Part shown: positions 25,680 through 38,712 of the stretch, piece after piece
Layout: each line of letters starts with the position of its first letter
How positions within the stretch are numbered: the stretch's first letter is position 1
Assembly: GCA_008632985.1 (NCBI GenBank)
Contig: QPGO01000014.1
Location: forward strand, 434,001 to 498,000
Length of the DNA: 64,000 nucleotides
Reading direction: 5' to 3'
Source: Psammoneis japonica
Taxonomy: Eukaryota
Position numbers and translations under genes: made by a program
The notes under the pieces: generated by a model
Seen by the model: the letters and a program-made list of their open reading frames with translations, nothing else
What the model was told of the DNA's origin: nothing
Database searches by the model: none

Positions 25680-27910
25680 TTGAGAAAGTTGAAGTTCAAG
25701 GAACCCATCATTCCAGAAGGCTTCGGCAAAACAGTCAGTGAAATCATGACACTGCAGACACCCATGTGGCATGTGTGGCAGCATCTGTTGCACCGGTGGC
25801 AGTGGTGATTGAGAACATTTTCCTGAAGCGTCAGCCACATCAAGACACTGCAGACATCCATGTGGCATGCGGGGCAGCATCTGTTGCACCAGTGGCAGGA
25901 GGAGTGGTGATTGAGAACATTTTCCTGAAGCATCAGCCAAGTCGGGTTTTCTCCCTTGCCATCGCTGACGAAGCAAAGGGGCACGGCACTGTGGGTGGTC
26001 AAGAATGACATTAAAAGCATTTGGTTTGGCAATCAAAATTGTTCAATTCTTGGCAACTGGCAGCCAGTTCCAAGAGGCACAGTGCCAATGTCCACAGCTC
26101 TTCTGGCTTGTTTTGGCAAAGCTGGCCAGCCTGGTCAGATGCACAAAGTGCTTGGTTGGGTCTGAAACAAAAGTGGTGAAAACAACTGAAGTTGATGAAA
26201 GTGGAGCAAGACAAATCTGGGTGATTGGGGGCTGTGGAGAGGAAAGACAAGAAAGAGAAATCACATTTTCTGGCACCTCAATCAGAAACCCCAAAAAAAG
26301 CTGTTGTTGTTCAAAGCCATTCTGGTCATGTGCAGAGAGTTGCTCCACACAGCAGCAGTGCTGACCTGACTTCTTGTTGTTGCTGCCAGTGCCAGGAGTG
26401 TTGCTGACCATCTTGGCAAGCCCAGGAGTTTTCTTGCCTCCTGCCAGTTTTTGCTGTGCTCTGAACCTCATTGCGATTGCAAGCTCTCCCCCAACGGTCA
26501 TTTAATTTGTTTGTTCCATAAAAAAATGAGAGCCAGAAGCACAGGCTGCTCATTTGCACACATCCTCCATGTTCAGCTCAGATCTGCAAGAGTCAAAATT
26601 GAGCCAGAGAGATGGGAGCAGTTGGAAACAACTTTGGTGTAAGATGAGAAATCAAGTCCACCAAGAACACATTTAAAGCTGAGAGCATGAGCCAGTGGAC
26701 AGAGGGTGACAGTCAAAGAACAAGAGTTTTGTGACAAACTCAACATTCTCCATGACTTTCAGAAAGAGAAATGCTGCAATCCTGCTGCAATCCTGCACAG
26801 TGTTTTGGACAGGGTGGCACTTTGGGGTTGTGAGGGATTTTCAACCACAGAGATTGTTGAAGCCTGTGCAAATGTAGAAGCAGCAAAATGAGCAGCAACA
26901 GGTGGCATGGGGGCTGCAGGAGCAGGGCAGGAACAGCTGGAGATGGGGGAGAGAAGAGGAATCGAGGGATGTGAGTGGCAGAGTGATGGGCAATGTTGCA
27001 TCCAAGAGTTTGTGCAGCCCATTGAGAAGGGGAGGTTGAGTGGCAGGAGCTGCCAAAGTGATTCTCATCAAAGTCATCCATGCAAAAAAGGCAATCAGCA
27101 AAAGGAGCTGGTGGGTGCAATGTCAATGTTGACTGTGAGAGAACCCTGCTGGCTTTCAATCCAGCAGAGCAGCACAGAGGCGGCAACCAGAGCAATTGCA
27201 GATGGCACTGGCATGGTCATGCCCAAGGGAGGAAGCAGACAGGTGGTCATGGGTGAGCAACCTGATGATGGCAGCAGCTGCAAGGGTGTCCATGAGCGGC
27301 ATCAAAGAAGGGCTGAGGAGGGCATGCAAGGGGGCAACAGATGCAGTCACAAAGGCAATTGTGTTGGAAGGCTTGAAAGGGGTCAGGGAAGGAAGAGCAG
27401 CAGGCACGGTCATGGGGGCAGATGTGGCAGAAAGGCTCAAAAGGGTCACGGAAGAAAGAGCAGCAGAGGAAGGGGTGGGAAGTGCTGGGACAGCAATCTT
27501 GTGTGAAGACTCCTGGCCGCACAAAGGGCATGGAACAAAGGTGCAGGAAACAGGGAAGGTGGATGAAGCAACCAAAGGAGGATGGTTGAGAATGGAAGGT
27601 GATGATGATGACAGCAGTGGTGAGGGAAATGAGAGCCACAAAAAGAAAGGAGGCCAAGGCAGAGGGTTGAGAGGCCACTTTGGGAGGTGTGCAGCATGGT
27701 GCCACTGCATCCGCAAGGGGACGCTGCCACTGCAGCAGACACCACCAATTGATTGAAGTTCACATGCATTGACAGTGACAGGGTCTGCTGACAATGGAAT
27801 GACCATCTGACACAATGATGCTCCAATGGAAACACTTTTTGTGGAATGGTCCGGATGCTTCCTCTTCTGGCACAACCAACAAATGTTTGATTTCTGGTCA
27901 CTGAGCAGCA
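25680..27910. other. TpA- and CpG-depleted tract B
   Basis: Same dinucleotide signature as tract A; no identifiable product. Confidence 0.8.
25748..25939 (+). repeat. Two tandem copies of a ~96-bp unit
   Basis: gacactgcagaca...gattgagaacattttcctgaagc at 25748 and 25844. The second copy has CG->CA at two sites. Confidence 0.9.
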
Positions 27911-28476
27911 GTGCTAGAAAGGTCATCTGAGGCAATGTCAGTTAAGAAAACAACTCATTTGATTTGGTTGGGTGCAGTCTAGATTGCTGAGAGTGTCATC
28001 ATTTCCCCATGTGACCAGAGCAGCCTGGAAGTGCACTTTGAGCTGTGCCAGGTGTTTCTTTCTCCAATTTCTCCTTCACAGGAATCTTAGCACTTACAAG
28101 GTTCACGAGGCTTCTCACTCTGGAGGGGTATTATCGACAGATGCAACAGCCCCTCTGCTTCTGATCGGGTTGCCAAGAGAAGCATCGTTACTGTCATTGA
28201 GACTGTGCAAAGGCCTTGGCTGAATAATGGCGAAAAGTCGACACCGACAGCATCTCAACCTACAAGCCCGTTTCATAAGGATTCGTCGTCATGCCAAAAG
28301 TCAACCAAAACACGGCAGGTCGCTAAACGTTGGCGAGTCAATCAACAATGAGAAAGATTTAGTCTACTGTACAGATGCTACGCTACATTACTAGTTCAAT
28401 CTCTGTCTTTCGTATTGCTTCGGACGTTTCAGCGGCTTGATTTTTTGACCTTGTCCTTTTCTAAATTATAGACATT

Positions 28477-30159
28477 TCATTTTTCGTCGTCACTCTCCGC
28501 AGCTGTTGTTGTAGTAGTAAAGGACATTGCGACCGGCTGAAGATTTCCCTGCTGTAGCTGTGGCCACTGGCAGAGCACCAGCACTAGACATGCAAAGTGG
28601 AAAGCTCCAACCAAACCAAAAAGTGCGAGCAAGTTCTCTCCGGCATCACTGCTAATGCCGTAGTACAAGGACACAGTAGCGAATGGTCCAAGGGTTCGAG
28701 CCGCCGATCCTCCCGCAACCATAAAGCTGAGATATTGTCCTTGGTACTGCGGAGAAATCAGCTTGGAGTAGAGCGCAAATGTCACGGGCCGACCGGTCAT
28801 GAATCCGGCATTCATTACCAAAAAAGCAGCAAGGAAGCGATATAAATAGGATGGCAAAATAACCGAAGACGCCCCCGACCGAGGCATCCAATCGAGCTGT
28901 TGCCAATCGATCGCCAGCATAAACCCCGCAAAACAGAGCGTCAGCGCATACAACACCAACCACCGGTCCTGCACCCATTTGGACGCCAATACACAGGCAA
29001 CGTACGCGGCCAAGCTGACGAGACCGCCGCATGTGAATAAAAGGTTGCAGTCTTGCACACTCCAATCAAACTGGTCTTGGACTAACGGCGAAGTGATTGT
29101 CTCCAAAACTGAGAAGCCGCACATGACGGTGAACTGTACAAATATCAAGCTGCTGACAAGACGCAAGGACGGGGGAGCTTCCTTCTCAACTTCGGCGCCG
29201 TCGTCATCCACGCCTTTGTCCAAGTCGCCGTAGAGCCGAGCTGGTACATCATTGTCAGCTTCCTTTTCTAGAGAGCGTTCTTCTCGCTGGAGACCTCCGT
29301 AAGAAGTATCTTGCCGCTCCTTGTTATTTCCTTGCAACAACCTTGCTCTCTCATTGCAGGGCACGGAGGATTGGTCGCCACTACTAGCACTGTCGTACTC
29401 GGTATCGACGTGATCGTCAATGAAAAGGAACCGCACCATGATTAAATCCAACAGAAACATGGCTGCCAGCAGCCAACCGGGTCCCGTGTATTGGTCAATG
29501 ACAACGAGTCCTCCTAGAATTTCCACGTCAAAAATGGCAAGAACTGTTCCCAGGGCCGGTCCCATGATGAATCCAACAACGTTGCAGGCAGTGACGGATG
29601 CCAAATACGTCGTGCGCTGTTTCATGGTTGTGTTGTTGGCGATAAACGTCAGTTCCGTAGTAAACTCCATTCCAGCGGATATCCCCGTAAGCAATCTCGA
29701 GAAAAGGATAAGCTCATAGTAGGGTGCGACAGCATACAACAAACTAGAAATCAATCCCAGCACGGAACTTAGTGTCAGCAGGCTCCTGCTGGATATATTC
29801 ATGTTGCTCAATAACCACCCAGCAATCGGTGATCCAACAAGCTGACCGACACTGTAAAAGCTCACAACCCAACCCAGAAATGTGGGGGGCGCATCCAAGT
29901 ACTCAAGGTAAAAGGGTACCGAAGGCACGACTGCCGTGAAGCAACACCCGTTAAAGAAAATCATGGTGTAAACCACTGCAAACGAAACAACAAGGTGGGA
30001 ATCAAGCTTGGTCTTGTCATTGTGCTTTCGCTCATCAGCGGTCTGATCGGGTGAATGTAAGAGAGCAACCATGTTGGAGTGAACCGAGACACTGTGCATA
30101 CTGGTGTCATCCAGAAAGCTGGAACTGACATGGTGCGTAAGCCTATCCAAGACCGTCAT
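28477..30159 (-). CDS. MFS transporter (MFSD8/CLN7-like)
   Basis: About 12 hydrophobic helices; FLGWVVSFYSVGQLVGSP, SRLLTG, GFIMGPALG, YTGPGW, LYSKLI...QG, ARTLGP. Confidence 0.9.
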   Translation of the reverse strand: MTVLDRLTHHVSSSFLDDTSMHSVSVHSNMVALLHSPDQTADERKHNDKTKLDSHLVVSFAVVYTMIFFNGCCFTAVVPSVPFYLEYLDAPPTFLGWVVSFYSVGQLVGSPIAGWLLSNMNISSRSLLTLSSVLGLISSLLYAVAPYYELILFSRLLTGISAGMEFTTELTFIANNTTMKQRTTYLASVTACNVVGFIMGPALGTVLAIFDVEILGGLVVIDQYTGPGWLLAAMFLLDLIMVRFLFIDDHVDTEYDSASSGDQSSVPCNERARLLQGNNKERQDTSYGGLQREERSLEKEADNDVPARLYGDLDKGVDDDGAEVEKEAPPSLRLVSSLIFVQFTVMCGFSVLETITSPLVQDQFDWSVQDCNLLFTCGGLVSLAAYVACVLASKWVQDRWLVLYALTLCFAGFMLAIDWQQLDWMPRSGASSVILPSYLYRFLAAFLVMNAGFMTGRPVTFALYSKLISPQYQGQYLSFMVAGGSAARTLGPFATVSLYYGISSDAGENLLALFGLVGAFHFACLVLVLCQWPQLQQGNLQPVAMSFTTTTTAAESDDEK

Positions 30160-31106
30160 GATGAAAAACGTGCTTTCGCTTCAAACAACGCATAAGAGAT
30201 AGATGATTGAATCAAGTATTGTTGCAAAACCACCAAGAGGTAGTATATATACAGTAGCAACAAGTTGATGTGATAGAGAAGAGAAAATGTTTCAACACCA
30301 CGAATCATCGACTGGATGACAACGAGTTCGCATATCTGGTTCGCGTTTCTTGTTGCGCCGCCGCACTCGTGGCAGTCGTACAAGTGAACAACAGCACTGC
30401 CAAAGCTCCATGCACAACCGCAATACATCATGGATCATACGGCCGTGACAAAAACGGCAGGTTGAAGTGGTGCTTTGTCATTTTGAATTTTGTTGTTGCA
30501 TCATGCATCATGCTATCTGGAGCGGAGCGCGTTTTCGGAGTTTCAAAGTGAGATGGGGAAGTGGGGAAGCGGAGAGTTGGGGCAGGGGTTCGATGCATGA
30601 AGGGAAAGTTTCCGCCCCCGTAGTTCAAGTGAAAGCATGACGGTTCGTAGCATATGTCGCCAGGAACTCAAGTGTAACCCCCCCCACGTGCCCCGCAAAA
30701 TGTTTCGAGCGTTTTCTTCATCGGACTCAACGGATGTAACGTAAATAAATCTATTCAAGTATGAAGCATTTCATATTCCAAACGCGCTTTGCAAATTGCG
30801 CGGTAGAAATCCTCCACGTGTCATCGATTTCCCTTCCAGCTGGAAGTGTTTCAAAACCGCGACCCAGTCCCGATTCAGGTTTGACTTTCCGTACAACTCT
30901 ACGTAAAGTGCTACGTGGAGACAAACTCGTACACGAATGACGTAGCCTCCACGCTCAGCGTGCCGATGATATTCGCGGATGGATTTCGTTTCGTCTCTCA
31001 TCTTCTCACAAACCACAAAAAGCATTGCTTTTATTTGTGACCCTCTCGTCATTGGAAAAGCGAAACAGTAACTTGTTGACTTGATTCATTAACAATACCA
31101 ATCAAA

Positions 31107-33552
31107 ATGAAATTTATGAGAATAGCACTGGCGGCAGGTGAGTTCTTGTTGTTTTCGTACGATGTGTGTGTTTCTGAGTTGACGAGAAAACGACCGTCGA
31201 CAAAAAGTCATTGTGTGTCTGCAAACGAGAATTGTCAGAATGACAATTGCCAGCTCGACGAAAGAGAACACTGTATCAGACTCAGTGGAACTCGTTCAGA
31301 TCCAGAGCTGGTTGTCTCGAGTCAGTCTTTCTGTTTGATTCGAAATTCAAACTGGTCACTGCTGCATATGACGGTCATTGTTCTCGGTTGAGAGTCTTGA
31401 AAATCCCGTAGGATGCGTTTGGCAGAAAACAACAAGTTCCACGCGACGATTTAAATACCAGAATATCTTCTCATCATTTTCTTTTTTTTTTAACTGCTAT
31501 ACAGTCGCCGCCATGACAATGCCATTTTCCTCCTTGGCTCAAGAAGATGAGGGAGGAATCGGCACGACAATTGGAATTGATCTGGGAACGACGTATTCTT
31601 GCGTTGGTGTCTTCAAGAATGGACGTGTCGAAATCATTGCCAACGATCAAGGTAACCGTATCACTCCTTCGTATGTTGCCTTTATGGAAAACGGTGACCG
31701 ACTCGTTGGAGATGCTGCCAAGAATCAGGCTACAATTAATCCTGAAAACACGGTGTTTGATGTGAAGCGATTGATTGGCCGCGGTTTCTCCGACAAGTCT
31801 GTTCAAGCAGATAAGAAATTGGTGCCTTACAAGATTGTTTCGGATCAAAACAAGCCCGTCGTGGAGGTCACTGTCGGAGGCAAGGTTTCCAAGTTTGCTC
31901 CCGAGGAAATCTCCGCCATGGTGTTGCAGAAAATGAAGCTCACGGCCGAGACCTTTTTGGGGAAGGACATCAAGCACGCGGTTGTTACCGTGCCTGCCTA
32001 TTTCAACGATGCCCAGCGTCAGGCTACCAAGGATGCCGGTACCATTTCGGGTATGAAGGTGGAGCGTATCATCAACGAACCGACCGCGGCTGCCATTGCC
32101 TACGGTATGGACAAGACGGGCGGAGAGTCCAACGTGTTGGTATTTGACCTTGGTGGAGGTACCTTTGATGTGACGTTGCTGACAATTGATAACGGTGTGT
32201 TTGAGGTGTTGGCCACCAACGGAGACACGCATCTCGGTGGAGAGGACTTTGATCAGCGTGTGATGCAGTACTTTATCAAGATGATGAAGAAGAAGAGTGA
32301 TGTTGACATTTCGAACGATAAGCGTGCGTTGCAGAAGCTTCGTAAGGAGGTGGAGCGTGTCAAGCGTGCTCTGTCGTCTCAACAGCAGGCTCGTTTGGAG
32401 ATTGAGGAGTTGGCTGATGGATTTGATTTGTCCGAGACTTTGACTCGTGCTCGTTTCGAGGAGTTGAACACTGATTTGTTCAAGAAGACTCTCGGACCTG
32501 TTGGCCGTGTTTTGGATGATGCTGATGTCTCCAAGAGTGAAGTTGATGAGATTGTTCTTGTCGGAGGATCGACCCGTATTCCCAAGGTTCAGTCTTTGAT
32601 TTCCGAATACTTTGGCGGTAAGGAGCCGTCCAAGGGAATTAACCCCGACGAGGCTGTTGCTTACGGAGCTGCCGTTCAGGGTGGTATCCTTTCCGGCGAT
32701 GGTGGTGACCACACTAGTGAGATTTTGCTTCTTGATGTGACTCCCTTGTCGCAGGGTATTGAAACTGTGGGAGGTGTCATGACCAAGTTGATCAACCGTG
32801 GAACCACAATTCCCACCAAGAAGTCTCGTAAGTGACGATGGATTCGTTCCCTGTTGTTTTGCAATTTCTCTTAATTTTCGGATGCATCTCAAATATGGCT
32901 CGCTCCCCAACTGTTTCTCGCAGAAACCTTCTCGACACACCAGGACAACCAGAGTGCAGTATCGATCCAGGTTTATGAGGGAGAGCGATCCATGACAAAG
33001 GACAACCACTTGTTGGGTAAATTCGAATTGACTGGAATCCCACCTGCTCCTCGCGGTGTCCCACAAATCGAGGTTACGTTTGAAGTGGATGCCAACGGCA
33101 TCCTTCAAGTAGCAGCCGAAGACAAGGGAACCGGAAAGTCCGAAAAGATCACCATTACTGCCGAGAAGGGACGTTTGTCAGAAGAAGAGATTGAGCGCAT
33201 GGTCCAAGAGGCTGAAGAATTTGCCGAAGAGGACAGGAAGGTCAAGGAGCGTATCGATGCTCGCAACGGTCTTGAATCCTACCTTTACAACCTCAAGAAC
33301 ACTCTTGAAGACGACGAGAAGGGTGTTGCTGACTCCATCTCGGCCGAGGACAAGAAGGAGATGCAAGACATGATTGACGAGACTCTTGACTGGATGGACG
33401 AAAACCCTGAAGCCGACAAGGAGGACTATGATGAGAAGCAAAAGGAGGTTGAAAACATTGCCAACCCAATTATGCGTAAGGTTTACGCCGCTGGTGGCGG
33501 AGGAGGGGACGCAGAAGACGATATGGGAGACTTTGGCGATGACGAACTGTAG
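31107..33552 (+). CDS. BiP: ER luminal Hsp70 (BiP), copy 2; exons 31107-31137, 31505-32827, 32924-33552
   Basis: Signal peptide [22 protein letters not shown], Hsp70 motifs, DDEL. Introns 31138-31504 and 32828-32923. Confidence 0.97.
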
Positions 33553-33932
33553 AATGCATTAGTGCGTATTCCTACACAACTTTAATTATCTCTTAATTTC
33601 ATGGAAGCTGATACGCAACCTGTCTCTTTGTAATTTCCGAACGCAGTAACACCTTCCTTTGCATAGGCTTGGAGCCTTCTTTGACCATTCTTCACACATA
33701 TTCGACCTGGTAGTAGACAAAACTCTTGATCGATTTTCACAAGGATCCTGTTTAACTCTCTTTAATTCATATCTATTCTAATTTGCAGCGATGTTCATTC
33801 TAGAGGCTGTCTCTCTAGTGGACCAACGTACTCGATCAGCCTTTTATCAATTCACCGGGTAACGTACCACTGACATTATAGGGACAGCTTTTCAAGACTT
33901 CCCTGCACAAGCAGTATGCACACAGCGAGCCA

Positions 33933-34442
33933 TCATGATTCGAGTGACGTTTCTGATCTCGATTGTTGTTGTTGGTGCTGCTGATTCGCATCGTCGTCAC
34001 GGTACACTGTATTTGGAGGCAAAGTGGATGGTTCGCCTTTTTGAATTGATCCATAGCCCGTCTTACCCAGGACGGATGGAACAGACACATTCTGGTAATA
34101 TCCATTTATGCTTTGCGATGACAACATGTTGGACGACGATTCGCAAGCATCCGAAACACATTGACAGAAGAATCCCACGACACCCAGAATCACTCCACTG
34201 TTGTTGCCTTGGTTTTCGTTATCAGTAAACATTTCCTCTTCTTCTTGTTCTTGTCGTAACATTTGTGCTTTTTGAGGCGTGTCATGATAGGAGTTTAGCG
34301 GTTTCGACTCTTCGCGTAGTGTACTAGGCGGCAGGCTTGGTTCTTCGGGCCACGTTTCGGGATCCTCATCCTTGTCTGGTCCTCCCACTCGCTCCAAGAG
34401 AGCATAAGCCTTTTGACGAATCTCCTCGGGACTATTACTCAT
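33933..34442 (-). CDS. Hypothetical protein with one hydrophobic segment
   Basis: ATG ORF MSNSPEEIRQKAY... with normal composition. Confidence 0.55.
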   Translation of the reverse strand: MSNSPEEIRQKAYALLERVGGPDKDEDPETWPEEPSLPPSTLREESKPLNSYHDTPQKAQMLRQEQEEEEMFTDNENQGNNSGVILGVVGFFCQCVSDACESSSNMLSSQSINGYYQNVSVPSVLGKTGYGSIQKGEPSTLPPNTVYRDDDANQQHQQQQSRSETSLES

Positions 34443-34499
34443 GTCTGGGCGTTTCCATATCAATAAGAGGAGACAATCTCCATGGAAGCTCCTTTTCTC

Positions 34500-36080
34500 C
34501 ACCGCCTTCTCTCTTCAGCCAGCTGCCAGCCACAATGGCCAGCTTGCCACCCTGAACCCTGCCAGAGAATCAACGACCGCACGACGTGGTCAGCAGGCAG
34601 GAGGGGCGGTGGCGGGCACTGGGCGGATTCGCGCGAAGATCCTTCATTTCGCGCGGAGACTTTTGAGTCCAGCTGTTCGACGAGGAAACGTTTGCCGCTT
34701 GTTTGGATCGGTTCAGGAGATGAAAAGCCTGTTGCTGGTGGTGACCCAGTCTAAACGTAAGCTTCTTGGCTGAGTGTGTCTTCTTGAAGTGGGGCAAATG
34801 ATGTGACAATGAAGATGAGGCATTGAGGGCAGCACCAACTGGGGCAAGAAGGCAAGCTTGTTGATGGCAACAAAATGAGGAAGGCATTTTTGCACAAGAG
34901 CTGATGTGCCTGACCTTGACCAGAACTCTGGCTTCATTTAAGGTTGCCACTGACAAGTGCAGCACAAACAATGGCAAGTGCTGGCAGAAAACCAGGCCTG
35001 CTGGCTCCGGACGCACTCCAGCTCCAGGTGGGACCTCGCACTGCTGCGCTGTGACATCAAGAGTTTTTGAGATCACATCACATGTTGCGCGTGCAGATGG
35101 CTGTGTGTGATGTTCTACAAAATTGTTTCATGCTCTCCATTTTGCAAAGCCAAAGGCTTTCCATTTTCAACATTTGTGATGATGAAAATGCGCTGGGTGT
35201 GTTCTCCAATGTCTGAAGAATGTTCCCGGGCAAACTGTTGATGATGTGCTTCAAGTGTGTGGGAGGAGATGCATTTGTAAAATTGCCTCTTTTTCTGTTG
35301 GCGATCATTTGCATTTTCATTGCTTGACAAATTTGCTGCGGAGCTTGCGCGCAGAATTCTATGGGCCCAATGTCACACGGAGTCCCACCCAGGACTGGAA
35401 CCCGTCTCCGACTCTCTCCCACATCAAAGAGAAGACACACACATCATCGTGCATGATGGGGGGCGGGGGGGGGGGGGGGGAAATGCTGCCTTGAGCAGTT
35501 GTGGCTTTCTTGAGCAAGGAGCAGGAGCTGCCAATTGGAAAAGAGCTTCAACAGCTGTTTTGTTCTGTGAGCTGCCACCTTGGATGCTCCTCAGCTGTCT
35601 CTCTCTTGGGCCCTCTCTGTGTGTTTCTGCACAGATTTTCTCTCAAGTCAAAAGGGCGTCTCAAGCCAGTGGGCCGTGGAGGTTGCTCCAGCCCGCGCAT
35701 GACAACAATGGCAAGAAAATGCACTCTGAAAGTGTGGGCACCACACCCCTGCATTTTTTGTTTCTCGTGTCGTGCACAAAAAGCACACCCCAGAATGCGC
35801 TGTGCCACGGAAGAGACCAGGTCACAAATCGAGGGCGCAGGTGTGATGAGGCACCTGGCCCAAACAAGAAGTGTCCTGCAAACCACCACAACCTCAAGTT
35901 CAAACACCCTCTGCCACCCTTCTTCTCCAAGGAGATCAGCCAGCACCTCCGAGCTGAATGGCTCATGAAATTTTGAAAAAATCGACCAGCGCCATTTCTC
36001 ATGGGTGGTTGCATGCGCCAGCGTGCGAAGGGATCGCTGCTGCCGGTCCGTCGATTCTTCCTTTTTTCGTGTTTCTTTCC
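34500..36080. other. TpA-depleted (partly CpG-depleted) tract C, probable TE remnant
   Basis: TA is rare across the tract while CG is retained at the edges. Poly-G run at ~35458-35480. Confidence 0.7.
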
Positions 36081-36411
36081 GTTTCTACCTACAAACACTT
36101 CAAAACATCAAAACATTTGTAAAAATAAGGAACGGTTGTCTTACTTTACTCAAGAATTGGGCTCAATTTCGAAATTTTGGTTGGATGCATTCTCAGTTTT
36201 GCCCAATTGTAAAAGATTCGCCGAGATTCGCTTTTCCTCCACCAGCCACTCAACTGACGATGTTTTGGCGCAAAAACAGCACACGAAGAGTAAAACGGGA
36301 ACACCATTGATGAGTAGATTCAATCGCGTCGGCGAAGTTGTTTGTTGACTGCATTTGTTAGCCTTATACTGCCTAAGCACTGCTGTTGGATTGTTAGAGA
36401 GTCTCAATAAA

Positions 36412-36942
36412 ATGCCGGTCCGTCAGAGAAAAAAGCCATCATCCGTTGAGTCGAAAACCGACGAATCATCATCCTCGTCTGCCTTTACCAAGCACGCTGC
36501 CAAGGATGCTGCTCTCCAAGAACCACAAGAACAAGTTCCAAAAGAAAAACAAAAAGGCTTGACATTTCTAGGAAACATTGCCGTCTTTTTGGGCTTCCCC
36601 ACCGTGGTCGGACTCGCCTCGTTGTATCTGAGCTTTGCACGCAACAAGTACCGAAAAATCAACAAGGAACTCGATTTGGATACGGACTTTGTCTTTCCCT
36701 TCTTGCTTGCGCTCTGTGTGGTGATTGTGATTGGCTTTCAAACGAAAAACTTTACCCGACTGGAAAGCAAACCACTCGTCCAATGGCCCAAGGTGCGAAG
36801 GAAAAAGACAATTGTACACAAACGTGTAATCGTCAATGAAGATGGTACCAAGGAAGAAGAAGAAGTAATTGTGGAGCCACCCACAAAAGTGGATGCTCCA
36901 AAGAAGACAACAAAGAAACAAAAAAGTCGAAAAGAAGAGTAA
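36412..36942 (+). CDS. Small two-TM membrane protein
   Basis: MPVRQRKK start, two hydrophobic helices, Lys-rich tail ending KSRKEE. Confidence 0.7.
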   Translation: MPVRQRKKPSSVESKTDESSSSSAFTKHAAKDAALQEPQEQVPKEKQKGLTFLGNIAVFLGFPTVVGLASLYLSFARNKYRKINKELDLDTDFVFPFLLALCVVIVIGFQTKNFTRLESKPLVQWPKVRRKKTIVHKRVIVNEDGTKEEEEVIVEPPTKVDAPKKTTKKQKSRKEE

Positions 36943-37030
36943 AGAAACCACACCGACAGTCTAACTAAATGTAATAGTGATTTCAGTGTATATGATTATA
37001 GTGACCCTACTATGATTTTTCTTTCTTTTT

Positions 37031-38378
37031 TTAAAAAATCATGCTGTCTCCTTCCTTTTCATGCTTGTGCACAAACTCCGTTACACCACCCGCTTCTTCA
37101 ACTTGTTTTTGATCCCATCCCAACTCTTGACAGACCGTTTCAAGACTATCGGTAATGATGAATTTCTTTCTCGTGTCTTCATTGACAAAGCTAAGCAACG
37201 CCTTGGATGTGGATGCCTGTGGTAAAAGTAGTGAGAGAGAGACGAGAGCAGTCGTTAGTTTTCTTATCCCTTACAACATTACTCAACAATTGCACACAAA
37301 TTTTCGTATTCAACTCACCACCATTTTGGAGACCGGATACATGACCATCTTGGCCAACGTTTCGGGATAGTTGGGTTCAAAGACGGCATAGATTTGTTTC
37401 AAGATATCGACACGAAATCCCGCCGTGACACTGACACCACTCAAATCAATAAATTGACACGTTTTGGGTTGACGACAATTGGCACTCCGTCCCAACATGA
37501 TTTCGGTAAAAATCACAAAGGCCTTGACGACATCGGCCGGATCGTGATTGTCCTCGAGGGTCTGGAGTTTGGCGTAATTGACATAGACACAAGCAGCCTG
37601 CTCGTTGCTGCTGTCGACGTCGACTTCCGAGACGGCCTTGAGTTTTAAAATATCTTGTAGACCCTGTGTCGTCAAATCGATTGGAAAGTACGATGTTTTC
37701 CATGCATCGTGTTGTTGCATCATCATCATGGCATCCGGCACATTGTCGTTGCGTGCCGCCAAGTAACGTGCCCACGAATGCACCTTGGAATCCCAACCGT
37801 GTCGTTCCAACGACAAGACGAGCGGATTTTCCGCATCCGCAGCACTCTTGATGGACTTTATTTGTGCCAATAACTTTTGATAATTGTCTCCGGCTTTTTC
37901 GGAAATGACTCGAGATAATTTCTTTTTCTGGTCATCGTCAAGATTAACTTGTTGTTCCAATTCCTTGGATAAATGTTCGAGTTCATCGGAATCAAAATCG
38001 GGAGCAAACCGACGAAAGCCTTCGCCATTGACGCCAACAATACAGTCACCCACTTGAACTCCCGACGTTTTCGCAACCGTCTCTCCCTCCAGAGCTTGCC
38101 CACCATGGCGTAGCCCGGAACAAACATTTCACTCGTGGCGGCCTATTTTTAATAGGAAAAGAATGGAAATTTTAGTAAAAAACGTGAGCACATTGCGGAT
38201 CGTCTTCAATTTTTGAAATAATTCAACGGACGGACGACGATGCAGCACCGCCTACAAAACGCACCTTGTCAAGGTTCACAAGCTGTGCTCCAAGACTTCC
38301 ACTAGGATCATCCTTGAAAGATACCGTAAGAAGAGACGGTTTTTCAGGCGATGTCGATTCAAACAGTGGGTTCGGCAT
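37031..38378 (-). CDS. PDZ-domain + CRAL-TRIO (Sec14-like) protein; introns 38264-38143 and 37318-37217; 1-bp deletion near 38092
   Basis: GSLGAQL...GVQVGDCIVGVNG (PDZ). RYLAARNDNVPDA, FIDLSG, FEPNYPETL, FVNEDTRKKF (CRAL-TRIO). Confidence 0.85.
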
Positions 38379-38712
38379 AGCGTCAATGCAAAATGATTTA
38401 ACTGCAACAACTAACAACGGCGCCGCAACAGAGTTGTGTCGTGACTTGCGACTTGCGCGTCTCTCCGATCAGCCAACAATGACCAGTCCGATGTACGTAG
38501 ACCTGGTACTGATCTTACGTGGGTTGGGCGAGGACTTTGGATTCCGTCGTCTGCAAGTCGACCGAAAGATCGCATCTCTTGCGCGCTTGATTTCGCGCGG
38601 ACGACGTCGACTGACGACACTCACAAAATCCGACCGCACAATTATTGTGTTGTTGTGTTGCTGTTGCGATTGTTAGACCTGTTTTGAAAAGACAACAAGA
38701 AACGACAACCCC

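Noticed and set aside
17812..25939. Tandem repeats at 17812 and 25748 as CRISPR-like arrays
   Set aside because: Only two units each, no unique spacers, and a eukaryotic context.
30680..30960. Cluster of CCACGT/ACGTG motifs upstream of BiP copy 2 as UPR elements
   Set aside because: Plausible, but the motifs are short and unvalidated in this lineage, so they cannot be supported from sequence alone.
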